From: Rhodothermales bacterium
GTDB taxonomy: Bacteria > Bacteroidota > Rhodothermia > Rhodothermales > Bin80
Direction: 5' to 3'
NCBI GenBank assembly: GCA_963665975.1
Contig: OY762508.1
Coordinates: 715,067-779,066, forward strand
DNA length: 64,000 nt
In this document: positions 30,901 through 40,114 of the stretch, one piece after another
How the letters are laid out: every line of letters begins with the position of its first letter
Position numbering within the stretch: the stretch's first letter is position 1
Made by a program: the position numbers and the translations under genes
The notes under the pieces: generated by a model
The model's input: only the letters and a program-made list of their open reading frames with translations
Told to the model about the DNA's origin: nothing
The model's database searches: none

Positions 30901-32928
30901 GTTATCCTGCGTGCCGCCGATATATACGTTCTCGCCGGGCTTCTTGTCCACCCCGTAAAACTGCGAAGTGTTGTATCCGGTGGCGCCGGTGAAGGTCTCG
31001 CCGCTGTCGTCGGAAAAGTACACCCCGCCGTCGTTCGCGTTCAACAATTTGAATTCCCCGCGTGCCTCGTTCACGGGAATGAAAATGAGGTTGTGGTGAT
31101 CCACGTGCACGCAGCAGTTGGCCGGATGGCTATCGGTCTTGCCCGAAAGAAACGTAGCTTGGTCCACGGTAATGCGCAAATACGATACTGGCAGATTTTC
31201 CGGATCCCAGACGGCACCTGAAACCAGAGTGGGCACCAGGTAGTATAGCAGCTTGTTGACAAGCCCCCCGTCCCGGGCGAGACGCTCGTCCGCTACCGTG
31301 ACATTATAGGAGTATCCGTGGACGGCCACGACCTCCCAACTCAAGCTGTCTTTGGGTCCGGATACGCGAAACGGCACCAGACTGAACTCTCCGTCGTCCG
31401 CCTGGTCACGGAAGGAGACCATGAGCTGACGGTTGTTGTCGATATCCCACACCTCAAATGGGACATCGGTATAGTCCTGGTACTCGTATTCAGCAAAAGG
31501 CAGGTCGAGCTTGTTTGCCGCAGGTTTGTTACTCGTTGCCGACACGGTGTACCGGTGCGCCTTCTGGGAGCGCCCAGGGCCGAATCGGATTTCCATGGAG
31601 ACGAAGTCGTCGGGGGTAACGTCCAGCACCTCGTCAACTTCATCTCCCGTCTGGAGATAGCCAGCAGAACCCGTGCCAAAATTCCCGCCGAAGGCCCAAA
31701 AATCAAGAAACGTCCGCGTGTTATAGCGCAAAAAGTCCAACAGATACTTCTTTTCCCGGATTTCTGTACCAACGGAAGCCTCGGCCAGCCAGACCCCTCC
31801 CAGCAGCAGCCGGTCCACTTCATACGGATGGACCGCAAGCGTCTGATCGTAAAAGCCCTGAAAGCCAAGCCAGTCAGTTTTGCCGTCGATAAGTACCTTG
31901 TTCCAAGTCTGGCCACCGTCGCCGGTTCGATACAATCGGTCGTTCCCTATCCCGAATTCACCGGAGGCATAGACTACGCTCGGAGCGGAGGGGGCAATCG
32001 CCAACTCCATCCGCCTTACCGATACCGGCTCAATAAAGTCATCCAGGGAGACATCCCAGGTGCGACCGGCATCCATTGAGCGCAGAATCGCGTAGCCGTT
32101 CACCGTAGCAAACTGGACATCGAAATCATCGGGCCTTGCCCTCAGATCCTGCACTTTTCTCACTTTTAGGCCACGCTCATACCTGTACACCCGATCCCAC
32201 ACGCCACCTCCATCGGAGGTGCGAAATATCCCTTCGTTGGTCGCCACCACGACAGTCTGCGCATCGTCCGGGTCCACCACCATGCGGTTGACAAATCGGA
32301 AGGCCGAACCCTGCACGGTTGACACCAGTTGCACCCAGGTGCGACCGCGGTCGGTTGACCTGAATATGCCGGAGCCCGCTACGGCATCAACGTTACCAAA
32401 TCCCTCGCCGGTTCCCATGTAGATCACGTTCGGGTCAGAGGGCGCCATCGCAAGCGCGGTGACCGCCAGGTTGGGCAGGTGATCCGTCAGCGACTGCCAG
32501 GAGGTCCCGCCGTCGACGGTCTTCCACAGCCCCCCGGATACGGAGCCCGCAAACCAAGTCCGGTGGCTGGGATCGTCGGGATCTACGATAACAGCCCGCG
32601 TACGCCCGGGCACGTTAGCCGGCCCCCGTTCGACCCAAGCCAACTTCTTGCCCGGCTGCTTTCTGGCGGCCACGGCCCTGCCAAACGCTTCCATGCGGTA
32701 GTTCGGGGGATAGCCTGGGCCACCCTCGGCGCGGCGGATGGCCGCGTGATAGGCAAAGAACTGATCCGGATCGCCGTAGCCGGGGACTTTGTTCGACGCC
32801 CCATTGTCGTACCATGGCGGCGCAGGCTCCACGACCGGGACGGATCGTTCCGGAATGGTCAGAATAACCAGGAAGAGGACTACGAGCGCAGATATCGCGA
32901 CAAAAACAAGTTTGTTGCGTGCAATCAT
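27904..32928 (-). CDS. Large secreted BNR/VPS10-like beta-propeller protein with CBM9/DOMON-like module and T9SS C-terminal sorting domain
   Basis: N-terminal hydrophobic anchor, WVERGP.NV.GR, many S.D.G.TW Asp-box repeats, ATHGRGIW, NDAD..RDNQIQW, C-terminal FSLDQNYPNPFNPATTI...LASGVYFY. Confidence 0.88.
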   Translation of the reverse strand: MIARNKLVFVAISALVVLFLVILTIPERSVPVVEPAPPWYDNGASNKVPGYGDPDQFFAYHAAIRRAEGGPGYPPNYRMEAFGRAVAARKQPGKKLAWVERGPANVPGRTRAVIVDPDDPSHRTWFAGSVSGGLWKTVDGGTSWQSLTDHLPNLAVTALAMAPSDPNVIYMGTGEGFGNVDAVAGSGIFRSTDRGRTWVQLVSTVQGSAFRFVNRMVVDPDDAQTVVVATNEGIFRTSDGGGVWDRVYRYERGLKVRKVQDLRARPDDFDVQFATVNGYAILRSMDAGRTWDVSLDDFIEPVSVRRMELAIAPSAPSVVYASGEFGIGNDRLYRTGDGGQTWNKVLIDGKTDWLGFQGFYDQTLAVHPYEVDRLLLGGVWLAEASVGTEIREKKYLLDFLRYNTRTFLDFWAFGGNFGTGSAGYLQTGDEVDEVLDVTPDDFVSMEIRFGPGRSQKAHRYTVSATSNKPAANKLDLPFAEYEYQDYTDVPFEVWDIDNNRQLMVSFRDQADDGEFSLVPFRVSGPKDSLSWEVVAVHGYSYNVTVADERLARDGGLVNKLLYYLVPTLVSGAVWDPENLPVSYLRITVDQATFLSGKTDSHPANCCVHVDHHNLIFIPVNEARGEFKLLNANDGGVYFSDDSGETFTGATGYNTSQFYGVDKKPGENVYIGGTQDNGTWRSDADPLLDDSWEHVLGGDGFDAVWHARDVRLVLAGSQGNGIARSTDGGKSFTHVEKPDDYGPFQTVLSNSRDVPDRVFAIGGRGVWRSEDFGAHWHIIPIPKEQWGFGSGKVRVSLASADVVWAGNRLDNQGSLTGTMHVSLDGGQTFMPTTVPDIAPEASISGLATHPNQDSTAYVLFSAYGRPKILHTTDLGQSWRDLSGFAGSPGGESTNGFPDVAVYDLLVMPHDPDVIWAGTEIGLFESTDGGESWDYADNGLPAVSVWQIKLVDDQVILATHGRGIWTLDVPGLLAGAGYGPALGSDFVFFASGTNTRIEAFDGSPVPDPFGSGSQETVLRYDAGPYRSFRFARDLGVDLTSNIASGDLLHLRLLLDPRVPDRDQGSPALVLEDKTDDSRAEDGSADLPFRVTWRIPEELRDGRWHELAIPLPPTTWRDLENARAQGRLGGLAQHWHYNGAATAAGLRVSTDGRGLETSERPELWKEFEWGNVRALGIVWESDGGGPVWVDDVYIGQPGLDLSIADAPVQAMSGVTVSKSLLGNVIAWDPNPLVRGRNVYASTDLIRDVTADGVFLLQYFSQSATATSLTHRLEVPHPSLAPHEIHYAVTSLSAHGVENQDVSASSGVVNNPLLPVTPAIVELTDREAERLRANFFSLPVLAEGFPEWLEPFRVDVLHSSPGESGRFPERDDELSGAFWIGQSTRNELFVYAEVNDDVISLAGESVSPDDAWQYDGIEMGWGNYDVRDVEGGSLLTGSPHVALERGAHADYHFRIVPHADGSAAIYRNAGTGAYVPVPGSNALHDTLEDASGNHIGWKVLVSIPLDAIQNVAEQDIVLAPVTGTDLRLVPMNLALNDADETGKRDNQIQWSTKHNANGRWWHTPAQWQVVAMVGRATWTGVDDALTELPVTFSLDQNYPNPFNPATTIAFSLASDEPVTLTVYNALGRRVAILLDGKTVTRGSHTVRFDAQGLASGVYFYQLKAGDAYLNGKRMMLVK

Positions 32929-33160
32929 TGCAATCCGGTGCTGTGAAGGTGATCGTTATAAATTAAGTCAATAACTTGATTTAGGAAAGTTCCTTCCCGA
33001 CAAAATGAGTGGATTTTGCGAATGGGCGGCGCTATTTCAAAAGCGGCACCCCTCATCCTAACAACACACCCCCCTCGTCATCTAGAATTCAAGACTTTTC
33101 TCACGGTTTGTTAAAAACCTGCGTCGTTGCGTTTCATAGTTCAATTTGCGAGATTATATC

Positions 33161-33430
33161 ATGCGGATTGGGTTCGAAACGGCGTAACGCACGAAGACGA
33201 TCAAGGCCCGAGGACTAGACATGGCACGGGCGGCGGACGTGTTGACCGGCGCGACGCTGACCGTGGAGGACGACCGGCGCGACTATGGGGAGATTCGCTT
33301 CATTACCATCGGTTTTCTGGACGATGCGATGGTGGTACTGGTCTGGACGCCCCGCGACAACGCATCCAGGATCATCAGCATGAGGAAGGCCAATGAACGA
33401 GAACGACGACTCTACGGCCCTAGGTTTTGA
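33161..33430 (+). pseudogene. brnT: BrnT-family toxin with in-frame premature stop
   Basis: MRIGFETA*RTKTIKARGLDMARA...DDRRDYGEIRFITIG...RIISMRKANERE; TAA at 33185-33187. Confidence 0.85.
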
Positions 33431-33650
33431 TCCCGATACGGCACCCGACCTCTCGACGGACGGCTGGCCGGCGAGGTTTGCCAAGGCGTCCGTACGTCGT
33501 GGCCACCCCCAGAAGGCGCGACCGAAAGTATCCACCACTATCCGGTTGTCGCAGGACGTCATCGACCATTTTCGGGCTGGGGGGCGCGGTTGGCAGACAC
33601 GGATTGACCACGCCCTGCGTGACTGGATCAGGCAGCGCTACGCTGCATGA
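33393..33650 (+). CDS. brnA: BrnA-family antitoxin
   Basis: RRGHP..PKVSTTIRLSQDVIDHFRAGGRGWQTRIDHALR; overlaps the brnT 3' end. Confidence 0.9.
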   Translation: MNENDDSTALGFDPDTAPDLSTDGWPARFAKASVRRGHPQKARPKVSTTIRLSQDVIDHFRAGGRGWQTRIDHALRDWIRQRYAA

Positions 33651-34046
33651 GCAATTCTTGCAGCAGGGTGTTGCGGTAGCTAAGTCCAGAGCAAACACGT
33701 CGGCACGCTGCCAGACCAATCCACTACACGAGGCAATCGGCAATCGGCACGACTCTTCAGCGCCACCGGTCCGAGCAAATCCACGCCGCGAAGACGCAAT
33801 CGGTCTTCGAAGATGACTTGAGGAGTCGATCCACGACTTGCATCAGCACCGATTCACGCGGGGTGATTTCTACGCTTCGATCCGGAACGCTCGGTGCCAA
33901 TCGGGAGTGCACATCAGATATTGAGGCGTATGTGCGCAGGAGAATGCGTTCTCGTGTGCAGACCGGCGGTTACGCATCCGGCTGGCTTGCTTGCGTTTGC
34001 CTCATCGCTGCGACGGATCAAGGATTTCATGGCGTTGCAGGGGCGA

Positions 34047-34561
34047 CTGCAATCCGTTTTCTCGCAGGCGGTATTCCTCAAACCCACCGGAAGTGTCTAC
34101 GTGATCGTATGCCTCAACCTGCAGCGCCATGGATGCCTCTCCGCTTCTTGCCTGCCAAAAGTAAGACATACTCCGGACATTGCTGCCCGTACTAGTGGAC
34201 TTCCAGCCAATTGGCGCCCGTACGTATCGTGACGCGGGGCATCACGGCCAACTCCAGTGCCTCCGTCATTTCTGTCTCCACCAGTTCAGAGAGCGCGTGC
34301 TCTTCGCCAGGCGGCAGTTCAAATACCAACTCGTCGTGCACCTGCAATAGCAGCGTAGCCTGGTATCCTTCCTCCTTGAGTCGCCGGTGAATGCACACCA
34401 TGGCGATCTTGATCATGTCGGCCTGCGTGCCCTGGATCGGCATGTTTACCGCGACACGCTCCGCCTGCGCCCGCTCGGCGCCATTCCGCGAGTTGACAAG
34501 CGGCACATAGCGCCGGCGCCCAAGGAGCGTCTCCACATATCCGCGGCCGCGCGCCGCCTCT
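34047..34561. repeat. Right copy of 515-bp direct repeat (intact polA 3' end plus truncated M16 5' end, 28 codons)
   Basis: Match to 26602-27116; the M16 start copy at 34130 loses homology at 34046. Confidence 0.95.
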
Positions 34562-36957
34562 TTGGTCTCGTTCAGCCACCCCAAGACACCCGGATACGCG
34601 GCGTGATACTCCTGAATGAGCCGGAGTCCTTCCTGCCTGGATATGCCCAGCCTGCGGGCTAGGCCCCACGGCGACACGCCATACGGAATACCGTAATTCA
34701 CCTCCTTGGCCCGCTGGCGCTGTTCGCGCACTACTTCCTCCGGCCGTATATGGAAGATCCGTGCCGCAGTCGACGTATGGATATCCTTGCCGCTGGCGAA
34801 GTCGTTGATCAACGCTCGATCACCGCTCATGGAGGCCAGAATCCGGAGTTCGATCTGGGAATAGTCTGCCGACAACAGCATCCAGCCAGTCTGTGGAACG
34901 AACGCCTTCCGAATCCGGCTGCCCGTCGGCGTACGGCTTGGAATATTCTGAAGGTTCGGGCTCGATGAGCTAAGCCTTCCGGTCGACGCCACCGTCTGGT
35001 TAAATCGCGTATGGACGCGGCCTGTCTCCTCCAGGGTCAGGCCGGATAACACGTCGACGTACGTGTTCTTCAACTTCGCCATGTGACGCCAGGCGAGTAT
35101 TTCTACCGGCAGCCTGTGCCGGTGCGCAAGCTCCTGAAGCACGCTCTCCCTGGTGGAACGCCTGCCGGTGCGTGTTCGCGAGAGCACGGGGAGGCCCAGC
35201 CTGTCGTACAGGATCTCAGCAAGTTGCTTGCCTGAGCCAATACTAAAAGGTCCCCCGGCTTGTGCATGTATGGAGGCCTCCAGATCCTGGAGCTCGGCGG
35301 TAAGGTAGGCGGAAAGCTCCTCCAGTTCGGAGGTCCGTACACAGATGCCGGCCATCTCCATATCCGCGAGAACCGCGATTAGCGGAAACTCCGTCCGGGT
35401 TGCCAGCGAAAGAAGACCTACCCGCTCCAACTCTGCGCGAAGCACGGCGTAGAGGCGAAGTGTTACGTCCGCGTCCTCGCACGCATACGGGCCTGCCTGC
35501 TCGATGGGTACCTCGCGCATGGAGCGGGCCTCCTTGCCGCTGCCCAGGAGCGTGCTGATCGGTATTGTGCGGTAGTTCAAGTATTCCAGGCACAGCGCGT
35601 CCAGGCCGTGACGGCCGGACGACGACACCAGGTAGTGCGCCACCATCGTATCAAACATTCTGCCGGCAAGCCGCAAGCCGTTGCGCGCGAGCACTACGTA
35701 ATCGTACTTGAGATTCTGCCCGATTATCAAGCCGGGGAGAACCGGCCCCAGCACCGCAATAACGGCATCGGTGGGCATGCCGTCCGGAAGCGGAGTGGGG
35801 ATATACACACCCTGATGCGACGCCCATGAAAGGGAAATCCCCACCAATTCCGCGTGCATAGGATCTATGGACGTGGTCTCCGTGTCCAGCGCGACGCGCG
35901 TTTGCCACGCCACGTGCCGACAGACCTCCATGAGATCCTCCTCTGTCCGAATGATACGGTAGTCCACCGCCTGCGGGTCGTAGCTCTCCACAAGGGTATG
36001 CCCCTGATCGCCTGTTGGAGGCTTCGCGACGTATTCCGCCTGGCCACCGGACGTTTCAGCCTCCCGGTCGAAACGACGGATGAAACTGCGGAACTCGAGC
36101 TCCGTGAATATTGCCCGGAGCGTGTTCCAGTCTGCGCGCGCGCGCTCCAGCAGCTCCCAACCCAATTCTATTTCCACCGTGGTTCGAATGGTAACCAGCT
36201 CCCTGGAGAGCACCGCACGGTCTGCATGCAGCTGCAGGCCTTCACGCGCTCTCTTCCCCCGAATCGCATCCTTGCTTGCAAGCACGCTTTCCAGCGTGCC
36301 GTATTCACGAATCAGGCTTCCAGCCGTGATCTTGCCGATACCGGGCACTCCCGGCACATTGTCGCTCGCATCGCCTGCAAGAGCAAGAATGTCCACAAAC
36401 CGTTCAGGCGCTACGCCGTACTTGCCGCGGAACGTCTGCTCGGTGACCGGATTCAGCGCCTCGCCCCGGTATGCGGGCTTCAGGATCGATACCCGCCTGC
36501 TTAGTAACTGCTGGAAATCCTTGTCAGGAGAAACAATCACCACATCGGCGTCTTCCTGTTCGGCCCACCGTGCCACCGAGCCGATGACATCATCGGCCTC
36601 AACATTGGGTTCTTCGAACATGGCAATGCCTAGCGCGCCGAGAATAGCCTTGATCAGCGGAATGTTGGAGACGAGGTCTTCTGGCGGCGGCTCGCGATTG
36701 GCCTTGTAGTCTCCGTACATCTCCGACCGGAACGTTGCGCCTGGCCCCAGGACATCGAACACCACCGCCATGTACCGGCAGTCATGATTCTTGAGGAGCC
36801 GCAGCATGGCGTCCGTGAAACCGTAGGCCGCCGAGGTCACCATCCCTCTGGAATTCACCAGTGGTCGACTTCCAAAACTGTAGTGCGCCCGATAAACGAA
36901 CGCCATGCCGTCGATAAGATATACACACTTCGTGTGTGTCGGAGAAGCCTGGGTCAT
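34192..36957 (-). CDS. polA: DNA polymerase I
   Basis: 5'-3' exo (LIDG, EADDVIG, DKDF, GDASDN), 3'-5' exo (LDTETTS), polymerase motifs DYSQIELR, RAKEVNYG, QVHDEL. Confidence 0.98.
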   Translation of the reverse strand: MTQASPTHTKCVYLIDGMAFVYRAHYSFGSRPLVNSRGMVTSAAYGFTDAMLRLLKNHDCRYMAVVFDVLGPGATFRSEMYGDYKANREPPPEDLVSNIPLIKAILGALGIAMFEEPNVEADDVIGSVARWAEQEDADVVIVSPDKDFQQLLSRRVSILKPAYRGEALNPVTEQTFRGKYGVAPERFVDILALAGDASDNVPGVPGIGKITAGSLIREYGTLESVLASKDAIRGKRAREGLQLHADRAVLSRELVTIRTTVEIELGWELLERARADWNTLRAIFTELEFRSFIRRFDREAETSGGQAEYVAKPPTGDQGHTLVESYDPQAVDYRIIRTEEDLMEVCRHVAWQTRVALDTETTSIDPMHAELVGISLSWASHQGVYIPTPLPDGMPTDAVIAVLGPVLPGLIIGQNLKYDYVVLARNGLRLAGRMFDTMVAHYLVSSSGRHGLDALCLEYLNYRTIPISTLLGSGKEARSMREVPIEQAGPYACEDADVTLRLYAVLRAELERVGLLSLATRTEFPLIAVLADMEMAGICVRTSELEELSAYLTAELQDLEASIHAQAGGPFSIGSGKQLAEILYDRLGLPVLSRTRTGRRSTRESVLQELAHRHRLPVEILAWRHMAKLKNTYVDVLSGLTLEETGRVHTRFNQTVASTGRLSSSSPNLQNIPSRTPTGSRIRKAFVPQTGWMLLSADYSQIELRILASMSGDRALINDFASGKDIHTSTAARIFHIRPEEVVREQRQRAKEVNYGIPYGVSPWGLARRLGISRQEGLRLIQEYHAAYPGVLGWLNETKEAARGRGYVETLLGRRRYVPLVNSRNGAERAQAERVAVNMPIQGTQADMIKIAMVCIHRRLKEEGYQATLLLQVHDELVFELPPGEEHALSELVETEMTEALELAVMPRVTIRTGANWLEVH

Positions 36958-37053
36958 AGGTTGTCCGCGTGGCAATTTCTATACTGTGCACGAATCAGAG
37001 ACGCACCATCGGCGTTTGCGGCACCCGCCCTTTCCTCATCCTGACTCATCGCG

Positions 37054-38097
37054 ATGACACACAAGCCGGAGCGCATACTGGTGACCGGAGGCGCAGGATT
37101 CATCGGGTCCAACCTGCTCCTGTACATGGTGCCACGCTATCCCGGTGTGCAGTTTGTCAATCTCGACAACCTGTCCTATGCTGGCAACCTGGAAAACGTG
37201 CGCTCGCTGGAAATTGCGAAAAATTACCGGTTTGTGCGAGGTGACGTGGCCGATCGAGACCTGGTATTGCGACTGTTTTCACACCATCGTTTCACGACCG
37301 TCATCCATCTGGCGGCGGAAAGCCATGTAGACCGGTCAATCATGGCTCCGTTGACCTTTCTCCACGTAAACACCGTGGGAACGGCAACCCTTCTGGAGGC
37401 CGCCCGGCATTCCTGGGAAGACCGCGCCGATCATCCCGGGCGGTACCGGTTCTTTCACGTCTCCACCGATGAAGTATTCGGCTCCCTTGGAGAGGATGGG
37501 GTGTTTTCGGAGAATACGCCCTACGACCCGCGTTCTCCGTATTCCGCATCCAAGGCGGCCGCGGATCATTTCGTGCGGGCGTATGCCCACACCTATGGGC
37601 TGCCTATTTGCATATCCAACTGCTCGAATAATTACGGGCCATTCCAATACCCTGAAAAGCTGATTCCGGTTACGATTCAGCATGCTATCAACAAGCATCC
37701 CGTGCCCGTATATGGCAAGGGTGCCAACATACGTGACTGGCTGCATGTCACCGATCACTGCCGGGCCATCGACACGATCCTGCATCACGGTGCACCCGGC
37801 GACACCTACCTCGTAGGCGGCAACAACGAGCGCAGAAATCTGGATCTTGTGGGCACGGTACTGGACCTCGTCGACGAACAACTGGGACGCAAGCCCGGCA
37901 CAGGCCGGGATCTCATCACTTTCGTTACGGACCGCCCGGGCCACGATTATCGCTACGCGATTGATGCGACACACCTGCGCGGCACGCTGGGCTGGGAGCC
38001 CACGGTGTCTCTTGAAGAGGGCCTGCGTGATACGGTCGCCTGGTACCTCTCCCACCGGGACTGGCTCAGCCGGGTGGCAAGCCGCAGACATCCATGA
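37054..38097 (+). CDS. rfbB: dTDP-glucose 4,6-dehydratase
   Basis: TGGAGFIG, HLAAESHVDRSI, VSTDEVFG, YSASK, DRPGHDYRYA. Confidence 0.95.
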   Translation: MTHKPERILVTGGAGFIGSNLLLYMVPRYPGVQFVNLDNLSYAGNLENVRSLEIAKNYRFVRGDVADRDLVLRLFSHHRFTTVIHLAAESHVDRSIMAPLTFLHVNTVGTATLLEAARHSWEDRADHPGRYRFFHVSTDEVFGSLGEDGVFSENTPYDPRSPYSASKAAADHFVRAYAHTYGLPICISNCSNNYGPFQYPEKLIPVTIQHAINKHPVPVYGKGANIRDWLHVTDHCRAIDTILHHGAPGDTYLVGGNNERRNLDLVGTVLDLVDEQLGRKPGTGRDLITFVTDRPGHDYRYAIDATHLRGTLGWEPTVSLEEGLRDTVAWYLSHRDWLSRVASRRHP

Positions 38098-38786
38098 AGC
38101 TCCTTCTGTTCGATATCGACGGCACGCTCCTGATGACCCATGGCATCGGGCGAAGGCTCCTGGAGCGCACGCTGCACCAACTGCTATCGCGACCGGTCAC
38201 CTCGCAAGGCGTGTCCTTTTCCGGAAAAACAGACCTTCAGATCCTGCGCGAGCTCTTCCTCCTGAACGGGTGCCCTGACTCGCAGGCCCTGCGACTCATC
38301 CCAGAAGCGCTCGATCGCTACGTGGATCTGTTTCGCGCGGAAATCACACCTGCCGAGGTGTGTGTCCTGCCCGGCGTGCGCACGCTGCTGGATCGACTAA
38401 GTGTGGACGACGCAGCGCTGGTTGGCCTCCTGACCGGCAATCACCGAACCACCGCATACCTGAAACTGGGCGCAGCAGGCCTGGCCGATTATTTTCCATT
38501 CGGCGCCTTCGGCAGCGACCATGCCGACCGTGGGAGGCTGCCTGCCCTTGCAGCACGCAGAGCCGCTGCACATAACGGTCACGCCTATGCTGGCCGTAAT
38601 ATCATTATCGTCGGAGACTCCAGGCACGATATCCTGTGCGGACGTGGAGTCGGCGCATACTCTGTGGCCGTCTGTACGGGACCTACCGCGCGCGCCTCGT
38701 TGTCAAAGCACGAACCGGATCTGCTATTGGATGACCTGACCGATACCGACCTGTTCATCCGACACGCCATGGCAGCCAGAGAATGA
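38094..38786 (+). CDS. HAD-family hydrolase/phosphatase
   Basis: LFDIDGTLL, GKTD, LLTGN, GAFGSD, VGDS..D. Confidence 0.9.
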   Translation: MKLLLFDIDGTLLMTHGIGRRLLERTLHQLLSRPVTSQGVSFSGKTDLQILRELFLLNGCPDSQALRLIPEALDRYVDLFRAEITPAEVCVLPGVRTLLDRLSVDDAALVGLLTGNHRTTAYLKLGAAGLADYFPFGAFGSDHADRGRLPALAARRAAAHNGHAYAGRNIIIVGDSRHDILCGRGVGAYSVAVCTGPTARASLSKHEPDLLLDDLTDTDLFIRHAMAARE

Positions 38787-38798
38787 CCGCTATGCCGG

Positions 38799-40100
38799 TC
38801 AATTTGTTGTCGGCACCTCGTCCAGCGGGCGCGGAAACTCGCCAAACACCACGTCCGTGGTCCGATCTATTGGCAAACGTGCAAGCCGTCCGTGACGACG
38901 CACGTCCACGAGGCGATGTCCCTCCAGGAACAGGGAGTACATGCGCTCATGCAGTAAGACGTCGAGCGCATTGCCGGTCGTAAGCGTAATCGGATCCAGC
39001 CCCGCCGCAGCGCGGACCTGGTTAACATCCGCCGTGGCCGCGGCCAGATTGCCTTTGCCGACATTGGCTTCCGCTCGAATGAGCAACAGCTCCTCTCTGC
39101 GCAGAATCGGCAATGGCGCCGTTGCATTCTCCGCCACCGTCGCCACAAGCACACTGGACAGTCCGCCACCCACTACCGGGGCCGGATCGAAGTCCGGGTC
39201 ATCGGATCGGTCAAGAATTTTGGTGGCGAATCGGCGGTCGCCTGGCATTCTGCGCTCCCCATACAGAGGATGTGCGCGCAATTTGACCGCCGGCGCTGTC
39301 GGCACGGAAAAGAGCGGGTTCAGCATGTCCCCGGATCCCGTGCTATACACATGGTAGACGCCCAGGTCCATTCCGCCATCCGCGTTCACAAAGGAGTCTC
39401 CCAAGGCCGCAAGCGCAGCGTCAAAGTCATTCTGATAGATCGCCACGCGGGCTCGCAAGGCCCTGTTGAACTGCGCAAACGACGCGGGCGTGTCAAAACC
39501 TGCGAAGCCCTCCGTGAGCTGGAACGGAAATGCCGCTCCGCTCTGCGTCAATTGCGCATACCCGTCGTCAAGATATCTCTCTATCGCCGCATAGGCCTGA
39601 TCGGGACCTACGAATGGGACCGTAATGTCTGTGCTGAACTCGATCTTTATCCCGTTGTCGCCGAGATAATTCAGATTCAAGAGCAACTGGTAGCCCACAA
39701 TGGTGGATACGAAGCCGCTGGCTGCACTTTGCTCGGCGCCAGAGAGGTCGGCCGTAACCCGCTCTTGCAGGGTCAACGCATTGCCAATGGCCTGGTACCG
39801 TGCACTCCACGGACGTAGTACGACAAACCCGCCAGGGTCCAATGGACCTGTCAATAGCTCTCCCGTCCAGCGAGGATCCGCAGGGTCCAGGTTGTAGACC
39901 TCTCGCGCTAACGTGCCCATTCCTACGATATAGACGAAGAGATCCGTGCGCAAGGATCCCTCAAGGCCAGAGACCAGGCTCTGGACGGACACATCGGCGG
40001 CATTGGGCGCATTTGGATCCGTGACCTCCAGGGAATCACAGGAGGCCATTGCGAGAGTAAGCAGAATCGCCGCACACCGCAACGTCTTTTTGTTGGTCAT
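38799..40100 (-). CDS. RagB/SusD family outer-membrane lipoprotein
   Basis: Lipobox LAMASC, ALRARVAIY, RREELLLIRAEA, ERMYSLFLEGHRLVDVRR; start set at ATG 40100. Confidence 0.92.
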   Translation of the reverse strand: MTNKKTLRCAAILLTLAMASCDSLEVTDPNAPNAADVSVQSLVSGLEGSLRTDLFVYIVGMGTLAREVYNLDPADPRWTGELLTGPLDPGGFVVLRPWSARYQAIGNALTLQERVTADLSGAEQSAASGFVSTIVGYQLLLNLNYLGDNGIKIEFSTDITVPFVGPDQAYAAIERYLDDGYAQLTQSGAAFPFQLTEGFAGFDTPASFAQFNRALRARVAIYQNDFDAALAALGDSFVNADGGMDLGVYHVYSTGSGDMLNPLFSVPTAPAVKLRAHPLYGERRMPGDRRFATKILDRSDDPDFDPAPVVGGGLSSVLVATVAENATAPLPILRREELLLIRAEANVGKGNLAAATADVNQVRAAAGLDPITLTTGNALDVLLHERMYSLFLEGHRLVDVRRHGRLARLPIDRTTDVVFGEFPRPLDEVPTTN

Positions 40101-40114
40101 AGCCCCAATTAGTC

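Noticed and set aside
33651-34046. Short ORFs between brnA and the right repeat
   Set aside because: No recognisable motifs in the frames examined; probably decayed sequence.
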